From the NCBI RefSeq assembly GCF_964355755.1, contig NC_092679.1:14739432-14803431 (forward strand): a stretch of DNA of 64,000 nt. Direction: 5' to 3'. The position numbers and the translations under genes were made by a program. Below, piece after piece: positions 1 to 12,502 of the stretch (positions are counted from its first letter, which is position 1; the number at the start of each line of letters is the position of its first letter). Origin of the DNA: Antedon mediterranea (lineage: Eukaryota > Animalia > Echinodermata). The notes below the pieces were generated by a model, which saw only the letters and a list, made by a program, of their open reading frames with translations, did no database searches and was not told where the DNA came from.

Positions 1-1410
1 ATATTTATAAAAAAAGATTCACTATAATACTGTATTTAAAATTGTATTATGTTGGTTAAAAAACATATTAAAATAAAAAATTATTTTGTTTTTTTGTTTC
101 AGTCATTTGTTGATATATTTCTTGGATTAATTTGCATATTTTAGTTTTACACCTGACAAATTTAAAGAAAATGTGTGTATGTATGTTCAGGGATATGTAT
201 GTTGTTGTATGTTGCTGCTTATCAGTAGTGAATGTAAGTTTTGTGTAGTTTATAAGCGTCAAGCCTAACCAACAAGATTAAAAATTAACCAAATAATACC
301 GAATACTTGTACCATTAACAGTTCCAAATGTTATTCATTTCTCTAGTATAATTATTACTAAAACCCATATTTACTGGTACAACAATTATATTTCTCTGCA
401 TTTTGAAAATATGCAAATTATTAATTCATGCATGACCTCTCTCCTGTGAGATTTCCGGGTCAAATAAACATTGTGTACAAAAACAACCACCAAAAAGACA
501 CGACGTATCGTGATTTTATCAAGGTAAATACAGTGATTTTTCTTTATTAAATAACTAGTATGAAAATGAAAGGCCCATGCAACCTTAATATAGAATAACG
601 TTTTTACGCACATTATTGTGATACGCCTCGGCCTTTAGCTAAAACAGTGTGGTTTGCAGTTGAAAAACACCTTGCCCTGGCTAGCTAGGCCAGGCCCAGG
701 CCTGGTCACCAGGTCCTCGTTTCCTTCTTCTTGTTCGCACCTATAACTAAGCCATAGCCTAGGCCCTAATAAGCCTAGTGGCCTAGCCTAGGCCTGTTGG
801 CATTTCTACCTGATGGAGCTACCAATCAATGATCAGGGTGCAAAAAGCTGACACTGTGTCTTTGTATGTTATACCTGCACAGAACATTCTCTCAAACTAA
901 TAGTAAAGTATGGTCTATCTAGCTTGACTAGTTATGCAAGAAGGTAGGCCTAGCTAGGCCTAACTAAACTTTTTAGGGTAGTTCTAATCGCACATAAACT
1001 TACTTTTGTTTTCTGCTTACCATTTACCGCTTACCGTTACCACTCGTCTATAATTAGCATTTAGGTTGGCTTTACTAATAATAACCATCGTCTTTACTCA
1101 CCATTGCTTAAAGATGATGTTTTTTGGGGGTAAATACAGCCTCTGAAAGGAATGCTATGCAATGGGACCATATTCGTAATACTTTTGTACTATACTGCAT
1201 TACTGGTGGTAGTGGTATGGCTGGTACTGTAATGAAAAATGACACAGTGTACAAGGATTTTGAGATTTGTGGAGCTGAATGTCCCAACTTATTCTGAACT
1301 TTCACGGAACAGAATTAGGTGGCATAAATCGTAAAGAATTAAACATCTGTGCAAACAATTTATTTGTCGTTTTCTTCTATTTTTAACTAGGAAGACTATG
1401 GTTGTTTTAA

Positions 1411-1822
1411 ATGATGTCATCTTCTGTTGAGGTGTATAGCGAACTAATAAGTGCACGTTTAACTCTAAGTGATGAGAATTGCAATAGCTCGGCCTCAGGT
1501 GAAGATGAGGTGGAAAGATCAGTCAGAGGAGATGGTTTGTCCATAAACTATGATCACATAGGATCACCAGAAATAGGTTTCACACCAAAGACAGAAATGA
1601 ACGACTTGTACCCTGTTTGTGAAGAAGGCTTAGACAGTTCGCACGCGTCCGAGCCATTGAAGAAGCTACGATCTCACACAAAAGCATCGTCGAAGAGCGT
1701 GCCCATTGATTCTGAGAATAAGAGAAGGTTGTGCGTTGTTTGTGGAGATTATGCTTCGGGATATCATTATGGGATAGCGTCATGCGAAGCATGTAAGGCG
1801 TTCTTTAAAAGGACTGTACAGG
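1411..1822 (+). CDS. ERR: ERR-like coding exon 1 (A/B region and first zinc finger); exon starts at 1391 after an acceptor, so an upstream 5'UTR exon is implied
   Basis: Acceptor ttttaactag|1391; [31 protein letters not shown]; donor G|gtaag. Confidence 0.9.
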
Positions 1823-4800
1823 GTAAGAATCTATTTGATGTGCTTTCTAGTACAGAATCCCTAAAGGTACAGTACACCCACTTAAGTGTCCTCTTAATAG
1901 GGGTGTCCTTGACAAAATATATTACCCCTCGTTCATTTCACAGAAATGTGTTGTCCAAATGCCATTGATTCATTTTGTATTATGATAAAACATTTGTATT
2001 ATAATATAATAAAATGTATTTAATTTTAATTGGATATAAACACATCTTTTACAGGAAGAATTGAATATGCTTGCCCATCCAATAATAACTGTGAAATCAC
2101 AAAGAAGGGGCGAAAGACCTGCCAAGCATGTCGATACCAGAAGTGCATTGAGATGGGCATGTTGGTTGAGGGTAAGAGGCATTTCCTCACAAATAGTAGA
2201 CTACAGTACTACATCAATTATTAAAAATTTAGTTTAATCAGTACAGTGGGCTTATCTTCAACATTCAAGTTCGCCCAGCATAAATAAAATATTTCAATCC
2301 AATGTTAGGTTATCAGTATTCAATTTAGATTTGGATAATGTTGTATGTATTGTTTATAAAGGCGGCATGTTTTTTTTTTGTCTCTAATTATCTATCACAC
2401 TTAAATCAACAATGCCACTGATATGAACAGTGGTTAAATAGTACCATAGTGACTACAAATGTTATCAATCTTTGTAAAGATAAGAACAGTTATGAGTAAT
2501 ATTTAATAAATATACTAATCTAAGATCGGGTCATGTACTCTTAGTAGAAGTCCTACTATTATTAAAGTACAAGAATGGGAAATAGAGCTATTTGCTACTG
2601 TATCACAATACACATGTTGACATAACAAATTCTGATTCTGGCTTAAAAACACTCTGAATTAAAATCTCCCTCCATGGTACTGGTGGTAGAACACATGTTT
2701 GGGGTTAAGGGCCATAAACCAGTGTACGTGTTTGCCTCTTGTACCTGAGTACATCCTACAGTGTCCAGGATTTTGAAATAGGAGAGGGTGGAGAGCAGAG
2801 ATGGCAACATTAAGTGCTGAACTTAAAAGTAGTGTCTTATCTTTTGCATTTCAATTTGGAAAATCACACTAATGTATGTAACTATTTACATTACAACTCA
2901 TTTTAGATTTCATTAAATTTGATTTAAAGATGTATTGTCCCTTTGTCAAATTCCAAAAAAATAAAAAGATTTCGAAAAAAAGTGGGTCATTTTGAAGTAT
3001 CATAATAGTTATTAACTTTCACCAAAAATTACTCGAAACAAAAATCATTTAACTGAAATACAGACGTTGTTTTGTTAAAATATCTTTGACTTCAAAGTTT
3101 TCAATCAAAACATATCTCATAATGCAATGCGCTTTAATATTTGGCTACTCTGTATGCATAATCATAAAACTTCCTCGCGATCTGTGTGAAAACACCTTCT
3201 CAACCATGACGAGTTGTAAACAATCCTAATTAGCATCATGCATAATGCGTACTCATGGTTTGAAATCTTTGTTTACATTCGCTCGCGAATATTTTTCAGA
3301 CGAAATGTAATCAAATTAATTTAGCTGTTAATTACGTAAAATTGTTGTTTTTGGCTCGAATTTTTGACTTAAAGTGAATAACTTTAATATTACTTTGATA
3401 TAGCCAATTAAAATTTTAGTATATTTTGACCTTCATTTTTTTGTTTTTCAAGGGACAATACATCTTTAAAAAGCTATAAAATACTGGTCAAAGGTCAATG
3501 AGCATACCAGAGAAATATAAATATGGTTATTGCAGACATGAATGTGTTATCTGCTTATTATATACAGTAGATAAATATTGTTTTGCTATTTTGAAATATG
3601 GAATTCTGTGTAAATAATCTTATTGTTAACCAAATGTCACAGTAGTCAAATAAGTAGTATTGTTTTATGATTACATAATAAGTCTAGAAAGTCTAGTCTA
3701 GAAACTTATATGACTAATATTATTACATACATTATATCTTTGCACAGTAGTACTAGTAGTAGTAGATTTATGGTCTTTAATCACATCTTAGATTACATAA
3801 GTTTGCCATAAACAATACTTACGGGTCAAAGTTCAATGTCATAGCTACATTGTTTTGAAAGTTATCTTTCTACAGTATCAAAAACAAATTGCATCATGTT
3901 TTTGACAATTTATTTCATTTTTTCATTGTATTATATATGACTAATATAAAGAATAATCATAATAATTTTATTTCAACTACAGGTCTGAATTCCTTAATGC
4001 TGTGGTGTATTCGGCAAACAATAGTTTTATCACCTTCAGGATTTGAAATATTTTTGTTTTACGAGGGCTTTACCATATCTACCATACATGCAACAAAAAT
4101 ATAAATGCTGAAGATGAGAATGATAGTAAAAACAAATCACCATAATATACACATGAACGTTTTACAAATGCAATGATGGAAAAATAAATTATATTTTTTT
4201 TAGCGGTCCTTTTATCTATTATTAAATAATTGTGTAGTCTTGTATTACTATTACTGGGCATAAATCTAAATTTTAAAATAGGGGCGCCATGGAAGACTCA
4301 TGATGCATGCAATTTATTTTTAGGCCTATAATGAAGGCAAAAAAATAGTGTAAACTTACAATGTTTTTTGAAATAATTCTTTTCATGTCTTTCTTCAGGT
4401 GTTAGACCAAATAGAGTCCGAGGTGGCCGGCAAAAATACCGACGGAAACCGGAAGAAACCGATTTTGGACCATCACCCTCAAGTAAACGGGCAAAAACCA
4501 AAAAATGTAAGCTTACAATCGTCAATTAAATAAAAAAATATATATCCATATGTAAATTTGCCTTTTCTTTACAGAAACCACTAAAATTTAACTGTAAAGC
4601 ATACCCTTAAAAACTCATAAAAGTACAATATAACAATTACCATAATATAATATAAAGTTGAACATATTTAAATTATTATTTATTGTTGATATAAATAAAG
4701 TTTGCAGTACAACACATATATTTAGTTCTGAAATGAACTGTTAAGCTTCTCGACATTTCAAACAATATGCTTCTATATATAAATTTACGTAAGGGCAAAA

Positions 4801-7800
4801 TTCGGTAAATCGCGCGTTATTTCTAGAATGTTTACTCGATGGTATATAAAGTTGGTTCGTACTGTCGGTACTGATTTTAACCACCTGATGTAACCCTGTT
4901 TACTAATTAAATTGAGTTCGGTAATTAGTTATTGACGATTAAAACGAATTTAGGTTCAACGATTTGCCCCAAATAGGGGTGTTTTTCGATCGTGGTATAC
5001 ACTGTCTTATGGATGTCCGTCTTGAAAAATACCCGCAGACAATAATACGAAGATGCTTCGCATTTTCCTATCTCCTCCTACGATAATGGTTTTTAATAGC
5101 TGAAAACCGGTTGAACAGCTCGAGTACTGCATCATAATGTTGAAGACAGGCCAATTTTATTTAAAAAATACTATTTTGATAGATTTAATATACGTTTATA
5201 CAAATGTATTGATTTGCGATGAATGGAACATTCCAATCTCTGTTCCACAAGTGTCTATTCCCTCAGGCGTCGTAAAGGCAAGTACTGTATACTCATAACA
5301 GAAATTCGATCCATTTTTTTTTCAATCTGTGCTGCAGAGGTTGGATATAAAATTTTTTTTAACGGATAATGAGCTAGCGTTTTCACTCGCCGTATATTAT
5401 GTAGGCCCTACACATCTTTATTATTGCAGTTAAACCACCCACATCATCACCCTGGCATGAGTAGCGTTGTAAAACCAGTAGAGGATAGGCCTACGGTACA
5501 TCACATGCCCTAAACGCAGAACAACTTTGGTGGGTAGGGTAGGAACCAACTTAAGTATGAATTGGCTCTAAGAAACAATTGAAAACCATTAGGCCTACTA
5601 ATTAAGTTGAGTTAGATAATTTAATATTTATTGACGATTAAATCGAATTTATGATTTTCCCCGAATAGAGGTGGTTTTCACAAATTTTACATTATATAAA
5701 CATATACACGTCGTGTAGTGATGTATCGTTACATGTACTGTACTATTTCAATCGACTATGACGGTGATAGTTTCAACAAAGTATTAAATCGCAATGTTTT
5801 ACTGTGTTTATTGGTATATTATTTGTAAAACATGAAAACAATTAATATTTCGTTACTAAATGGATAAAGAATATATTTAAAAATTGTTCCTCTTTGCACC
5901 CATCCTCTTCCCCATCCCTCAACCCTAATGTTACATACAAAACACAAATTAAGTTTGTTTAAATTTGACTTAAACAATTGGTCTCATTTTGTGACAAGTT
6001 TCTCTTTCGGAAGTAATTCCCAGGGTACTAATTTTACAGTACATAAATCACAGTGTCTGTTTATTCTTTCCTGTAAACGACATGTATTATTGTCCTGCGG
6101 TACGTACATTTGAAATCGCCAGTTTTTTAACGCTGAAATTATTATGTATTCGAGAACCATTTGTGGGCACCACCTACCATCTAGTTTATAACAATTACCA
6201 TAATATTTACAAAGTTAAACATATTTCAATTATTATTTATATATGTAAATATTTTATTTTTTTCAGTAAACGAATTGACTCAGTTATTGTTGCGGATAGA
6301 TGCTCCAATAGTCAAATTAGATGTTGACCCTAACATAGATAGTAAGGACCCTACATATAGAGCTGTTAAAATTGTTGCCGATATTGCCGATAAAGATTTA
6401 AAATTTACAGTTAACTGGGCTAAGAAAATCCCAGGTAAGGCTCTAACGAGAAATGTATTTTTTCTAATGACAGTAAATAGGTGGTAACAACAGACATACT
6501 GACAACAAAATTACACGTTAATAATAAGTATCATGACTGTAGCGAACGAATCTCGCTATTACCAAAGTGCCCTTTCAAAGGTCAGCAGTAATAGCATGAC
6601 GATTTTAATTTACTTGTGCGACCACAGTGTGTAGCTTTGTGCTTCAGGATGTTAATTCCACGACTTGCATTCAATTGCGTTGGAACTTGACATACAGATT
6701 AGCAGTATTTTTCTATTCTATCTTTCTATGAACGGTACAATAACAAATTAAATTCCATAAAATGGTTGTTTTGTAGTAAATATATAGAACAGAAAGCTAA
6801 AATCAAAATCGGCAAAAATGTGGTTAAATGTACCGTTGGCTGTTTGAAAATGTAGCATTGTATATAAAAACTTTTATTATAGAGTTTTATAGAGTATTTC
6901 GCAAATGTCATTTAATTGAAAATTACTTACATTTTGCATTAGAGGAGTGTTTTAGAATATGTGATTTGAGTCTATTAAACCGTAGTATGTTGAGTAGTGA
7001 CGATCGGGATCATTATTACTCTGCAGTGCTCCTTTTTACCCAATAAATAGGATGAACGTAATATTTATTTATTATTCTCATACAGTACTTTGGTTGGGGT
7101 TCATTGGATGCGCACGTACAAGCCATATTTATTCCGCAGTTTGGCTTTTCACGAGTTTTTTTTTATTAGGGAGCTTTTGATGTACGACGACCGACGACTC
7201 ATGTTAACTCATTGTATGCATACGAAAATATTGGGACCCACTGTCCGTATGCACGTACAAGCCATATTTATTCCGCAGTTTGGCTTTTCTCAAGTTTTTT
7301 TATTAGGGAGCTTTTGATGTACGACAACCGACGACTCATGTTAACTCATTGTATGCATACGAAAATATTGGGACCCACTGTCCGTATGCATGTACAAGCC
7401 ATATTTATTCCGCAGTTTGGCTTTTCTCAAGTTTTTTTATTAGGGAGCTTTTGATGTACGACAACCGACGACTCATGTTAACTCATTGTATGCATACGGA
7501 AATATTGGGACCTATGTCCGTATGCACGTACAAGCCATATTTATTCCGCAGTTTGGCTTTTCACAAGTTTTTTTATTAGGGAGCTTTTGATGTACGACAA
7601 CCGACGACTCATGTTAACTCATTGTATGCATACGGAAATATTGGGACCTATGTCCGTATGCACGTACAAGCCATATTTTTTCCGCAGTTTGGCTTTTCAC
7701 GAGTTTTTTTATTAGGGAGCTTTTGATGTACGACGACCGACGACTCATGTTAACTCATTGTATGCATACGAAAATATTGGGACCCACTGTCCGTATGCAC

Positions 7801-10000
7801 GTACAAGCCATATTTATTCCGCAGTTTGGCTTTTCTCAAGTTTTTTTATTAGGAAGCTTTTGATGTACGACAACCGACGACTCATGTTAACTCATTGTAT
7901 GCATACGAAAATATTGGGACCCACTGTCCGTATGCACGTACAAGCCATATTTATTCCGCAGTTTGGCTTTTCTCAAGTTTTTTTATTAGGGAGCTTTTGA
8001 TGTACGACAACCGACGACTCATGTTAACTCATTGTATGCATACGGAAATATTGGGACCTATGTCCGTATGCACGTACAAGCCATATTTATTCCGCAGTTT
8101 GGCTTTTCACAAGTTTTTTTATTAGGGAGCTTTTGATGTACGACAACCGACGACTCATGTTAACTCATTGTATGCATACGAAAATATTGGGACCCACTGT
8201 CCGTATGCACGTACAAGCCATATTTATTCCGCAGTTTGGCTTTTCACAAGTTTTTTTATTAGGGAGCTTTTGATGTACGACGACCGACGACTCATGTTAA
8301 CTCATTGTATGCATACGAAAATATTGGGACCCACTGTCCGTATGCACGTACAAGCCATATTTATTCCGCAGTTTGGCTTTTCTCAAGTTTTTTTATTAGG
8401 GAGCTTTTGATGTACGACAACCGACGACTCATGTTAACTCATTGTATGCATACGGAAATATTGTGACCCATTTCCTTGCTCCTAACCTCGGGTTTGAGGG
8501 TTTACAGGTTCAGGAGGCGACCAATGACACATCAATTGACCTGACCTAGGTTGGTCTTTAGTCATTATTGTATGACACAGTTAAGGACATACCTACTTTA
8601 CTTGAATTAATATAAGCCTTGTATATGACTTAATTTGAAATCTCACCTCGGGTTTAAAGGTTCCCAGGTGTAGATGGCGGCCGGCCGATGACACATCAAT
8701 TGACCTGACCTAGGTTGTTCTTTAGTCATTATTGTATGACAGAGTTAAGGACATACCTACTTTACTATAATTAATATCAGCCTTGTATATGACTTAATTT
8801 GAAAAAAACAAAATTATCTTCTGTTAAATTAATTGTGTGTTCCTCTTCTAAGGTTTTAGACAATTACCTATGACAGATCAAATGAGTTTGCTGCAGGGAG
8901 CGTGGATGGAGATCTTGATAATTGGTCTTTTATATCGCTCCATACATCTCACGAATCCTGACAGAATCTTATTCACAGAGAATTTCATCATGTCACGAGC
9001 AGATTCCAAATTAAACGGTTTTGATTCTTTAGCCGATCGTTGTTTGTATCTCGTGAGGAGAATGCGAGAAATGGATATTCAAAAAGAAGAATACGTATTG
9101 TTAAAAGCAATAGCACTCGTCAATGCAGGTATGCCCTCTATTAAATTACAACAAATACTTTATATTATTTGCATGCTAGGTTGCGTTCAAATTTTGCATG
9201 GAATTTTTTGTAATCATGCATGTCACACAGACAAACATATTTAAAACTGTGGGCTTTTGCTTATTCATTTGTGAACAAATTTGAGTTCATATTTTGTTTA
9301 TATTGCGGAAGAGATAATACATTTCTTGTGAACGTACAGTGTGTATGGCATAATCAGGCCAGATCAGTCAAAAATAGCGACAAGAGTGATTGGTAAAATC
9401 CAATTTCAGTTTTATATAAAATCTTTACATATACAGTAGCTCAATTAAGATTTTAAAAATTGTATTCTGCATACAATTTGTTAATAATACTCAATAGTAT
9501 TCAATATTCATTATAAATGGCCATAAATAAGGTCCAGCCAAAGCCATGCACTGACTTTGCTCAAAAGAAAATGGCTGCCGTAATTTCTTAAACTCCATGT
9601 GTTACACAACAAAATATACATAAGATGTAAGCTTAGTATTTGTATGAATGTTGATGTACAGTAGGCAACAGCTTTAACTGTTTTCCCCTAAAGTTAAAAA
9701 AAAGAAGATTAATAATTTTTGTAAAATGTTTTTCTCTTTCCAGATGCAACTGATGTCGTTTGTACATCCGGTCTTGAACAATTAGAATTAAGAATTTATG
9801 ACGCACTACATGAATTTATTCAAACGAACTATCCCGCCACTTGTGCACGGCGTGAAATGAAACTCATAACAATGCTTCCAGGATTTCGACAACTCTCAAA
9901 CGATTCTATCAAACATTTCAGTAAAAACTTTGTGGAACGCAACGTACCAATGCGTGAACTGTTCAGAGAAATGATGGAGGCTAAGCATGATTGCATTTAA
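1411..10000 (+). CDS. ERR: Estrogen-related receptor-like nuclear receptor (NR3B), 6 coding exons: 1411-1822, 2055-2171, 4399-4506, 6267-6434, 8853-9128, 9744-10000; 445 aa
   Basis: C4 zinc fingers with the ERR-type P-box CEACKA and C-terminal extension [19 protein letters not shown] signature [22 protein letters not shown] and AF-2 [13 protein letters not shown]. All five introns are GT-AG and phase 1; spliced length is 1338 nt with an open frame. Confidence 0.93.
2055..2171 (+). CDS. ERR: ERR-like coding exon 2 (second zinc finger)
   Basis: Acceptor ttttacag; [39 protein letters not shown]; donor G|gtaag. Confidence 0.93.
2928..3465. mobile_element. Non-autonomous DNA transposon (MITE), Kolobok-like, in the ERR intron between coding exons 2 and 3
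   Basis: Perfect terminal inverted repeats AGATGTATTGTCCCTT / AAGGGACAATACATCT with TTAA on both sides; no ORF. Confidence 0.75.
4399..4506 (+). CDS. ERR: ERR-like coding exon 3 (T/A box and hinge); missed by the ORF track
   Basis: Acceptor ttcttcag; [36 protein letters not shown]; donor T|gtaagc. Confidence 0.92.
6267..6434 (+). CDS. ERR: ERR-like coding exon 4 (LBD helices 1-3)
   Basis: Acceptor tttttcag; [29 protein letters not shown]; donor G|gtaagg. Confidence 0.9.
7111..8470. repeat. Tandem satellite, unit about 136-137 bp, about 10 copies, in the ERR intron between coding exons 4 and 5
   Basis: Unit gcacgtacaagccatatttattccgcag..gggacccactgtccgtat recurs at about 7112, 7251, 7388, 7524, 7660, 7797, 7934, 8070, 8207 and 8344. 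Confidence 0.97.
8485..8803. repeat. Tandem duplication of about 160 bp (2 copies), each with TGACCTGACCT
   Basis: acctcgggttt..gacacatcaattgacctgacctaggtt..tatgacttaatttgaaa occurs at about 8485 and about 8645. Confidence 0.9.
8853..9128 (+). CDS. ERR: ERR-like coding exon 5 (LBD helices 4-8)
   Basis: Acceptor cttctaag; [44 protein letters not shown]; donor G|gtatg. Confidence 0.92.
9744..10000 (+). CDS. ERR: ERR-like coding exon 6 (LBD helices 9-12, AF-2, stop); missed by the ORF track
   Basis: Acceptor ctttccag; [44 protein letters not shown]. Confidence 0.9.
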
Positions 10001-10195
10001 AAGATGTGTTTTCCCCTAAATTTGAAAAAATATTTATAAAAATTACATTTGAAATTAACTTGAAGTATCATAAAAATGTTACAATTTCAGATTAGACTAT
10101 TATGCTGGAGAAAGCAATAACTAAAAAGACACCCAGTCAATGTATGGTTTTTTTTTCATATTATCTATTACGAAATTGGAAGAACTTTTAAAATA

Positions 10196-10329
10196 CAGTA
10201 GAACTTCTACTAAGTGGATATTTTTTATACTTAGCAAAATGTCCTCTTAATAGGGTTGTCCCCTAATTAGGTTTTAACACACGGAAAGTTGTCCCCTGAG
10301 TAGTGGTGTCCAAAAAGAAAGGTGTACTA
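10196..10329. mobile_element. Degenerate copy of the pogo/Tc1-like MITE family, in the putative ERR 3'UTR
   Basis: Starts TA|CAGTAGAACTTCT and has internal gtcctcttaatagg/gtgtcc motifs, like the copy at 44706-44889. Further fragments at about 1850-1910, 27500-27566 and 48665-48708. Confidence 0.55.
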
Positions 10330-11069
10330 ATTCTATATTTAGTTTGAACATTTTATGATATTCGAACTTTAATTTTTTATTAAATTTTTATATACATACA
10401 TCTTTTAAAGTTCTTAAATGCTGGGTTACGATTTTATTGAATTTTACTTGGATATGCGTTTGCTTAGAGTACTATTTTGATGAATTTGAATTTGTGATTT
10501 GCATATTAGATGTCGAGTCAAGAAATCAAGGAATATATGTTAAAGAGAGCTGTTATTTTAGTGAGTTATCGTTTTGGAATTAAAATGAAGAATTGAAGAC
10601 TTCTACAAATTCGTTGGTACCTTTGAGGTATTGTGGCGATACCATTTTGCTGCATTTGTTCAATCAGCTTTCGGTAATTGGAATGTGATACAGAACTTGC
10701 TACATATTACTTGTCAGCATTATTTTTATACAAAACGTATTGTAAGCAATAATTTTGAAGAATTTACAACACTCTCTGCTACTAATATCTACTATACACG
10801 TGATGTGTAAGAATACAATCAGGTGTATTGAAATAACAAATATATATATATATCATCTAGAGGCTTAACAGAAAGAGCTTACTAAACTATGAAAGCGCCA
10901 GTGGTTTAATGTTGGGTCATTCGAGAGTATTTTTGGCGATTCTTTTTTCTTTTCGTATACTTTTATTTATTTCACTATTGTTGCAGTTTAGGTTGTCTAT
11001 TTTTCTGAAAGTCTGAAACTCCATTAGATGTATCCCAACTTTGTTTTAACTCAACTAAATAAGTTACAA

Positions 11070-11420
11070 AATGCATATCATAATCTTTATCAGTACCATG
11101 CTTATCATTCTTCATATCATCCATATCATCATTATCAAAATTTCTATCTTTATCAATACCATTAATTAGCATATTTATTAATATATTCTTATCTTTATCA
11201 ATATCATTCTTACCATTATCGTTATGAATATTCTTTTTATCAATACTTTTTTCATCAATATCATCTTTATCAGTATCATATCATATTTTTATCGTCTGCT
11301 GTATCAGTAGCATTACCTTTATGAATGCATTCTATCTTTATCATTCTTATTATAAATTATTATCATCGTTATCAATATCATTATCTTTATCAATATCATT
11401 CTTATAGTCATTATCAATTG
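11070..11420. repeat. Low-complexity (ATC/TATC)-rich degenerate microsatellite
   Basis: Dense atcatt/tatca/atcttt repeats. Confidence 0.75.
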
Positions 11421-12484
11421 AACGAATCCAATTTGAAAATGGTCTTTACTGAACATTTTTTTTTTGTGAATGTAAATTCAAATATTTCGTTAAATATGTA
11501 TATATTTTTAGAATTTTATGTATATATTAAGTTTTATTGATTTCATATTACGTATTCCGCATTTTAAATGTTAGATTATATAATGAATAAATATATAGAT
11601 TATCACAAACGCAATAATGAATTGATAGCACAGTAATTGTTTAAAGAACAAAGGTTATTTAGTTTTAAAATCAAAGAATGTAACCATTCGGCATTCCATT
11701 TCGATTGTACATATCTGTGTAACCAAGGACATTTCACTTCCCTGGTGTAACTATGGATGTATACGGTATTAGGGATGCAACTAAATGTCAATGAATAGAA
11801 TCACTTACAGAATACATATTTTTATATTCATAAAATCTTTATATTATTCTAATTATAAGAAATGTTTGATTTATATATTAATATTAAAATGAGCTTGAAA
11901 GTTTAATGAGTTTTCAGTGTGTTTCGTGTTGTAATTCCATAACTTGCAGTGGTAAAATCTTCATTAATCCTGAATCCTCGAAATCAATTTATCGTAAATT
12001 TGTACATTTTTTTAACAAACTCCGCCTAAGAACATATAAGAACATATTTGGCTTCTATAGGCTTTATGAGCTTACCTAATGAGGGTCGAATGGATGGACC
12101 AGCCCTATTAATATTGTTGAAATAAAATAAAAATTAAAAAAATCAGTAAGAAAATCGATGTTTAAAATACAGTAGCTAATACTAATAGATCCAGTTTATG
12201 TTATCTCTCAAAATGAATTACACTTTTGTATTTTAAGCCTATATTTTTAGTCTATATTGGTAAACATTTGTTTGAAAACCTTGACAAACTCCGCATCCAA
12301 AGTTTGCTAGTGTAGACCAACTTTAACAAACAGCAGAAAATAAGTTTGCAGAAGTCTACGCAAACTCCGAGGCTTGCAAAAAAATGTAGCAACGTTTGCT
12401 ATAGTGTAAACCATCTGCAAACTAAGCTTCATTACTCGTTGAAATGATGACCTACACATTGCATATTACTGTCGTGCATTACAT

Positions 12485-12502
12485 CATGGAGGTACCTCCA
12501 TG
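12485..12502. mobile_element. 18-bp palindromic transposon remnant with a 7-bp target-site duplication
   Basis: ATTACAT-CATGGAGGTACCTCCATG-ATTACAT. Confidence 0.6.

Noticed and set aside
670-1110. GC-richer segment with CTAGGCCTAG repeats and minus-strand donor-like sites (ATG|gtgagt near 1100): possible ERR first exon or divergent gene
   Set aside because: No partner exon or recognisable protein in the window; cannot be supported from sequence alone.
7090-8410. Several 75-80 aa ORFs with repeated sequence
   Set aside because: They are translations of the 137-bp intronic satellite.
7111-8470. Possible CRISPR-like array (also considered for 30770-33312 and 41578-42060)
   Set aside because: Whole units repeat with no unique spacers, there are no cas genes, and the context is eukaryotic.
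1411-10000. Calling the receptor an estrogen receptor (ESR) because of synteny
   Set aside because: P-box CEACKA, T-box, helix-11 Phe and LBD intron pattern are ERR-type; synteny alone is insufficient without phylogeny.
10975-11540. Asp-rich and Tyr/His-rich short ORFs
   Set aside because: Products of (ATC)n low-complexity sequence in the likely ERR 3'UTR.
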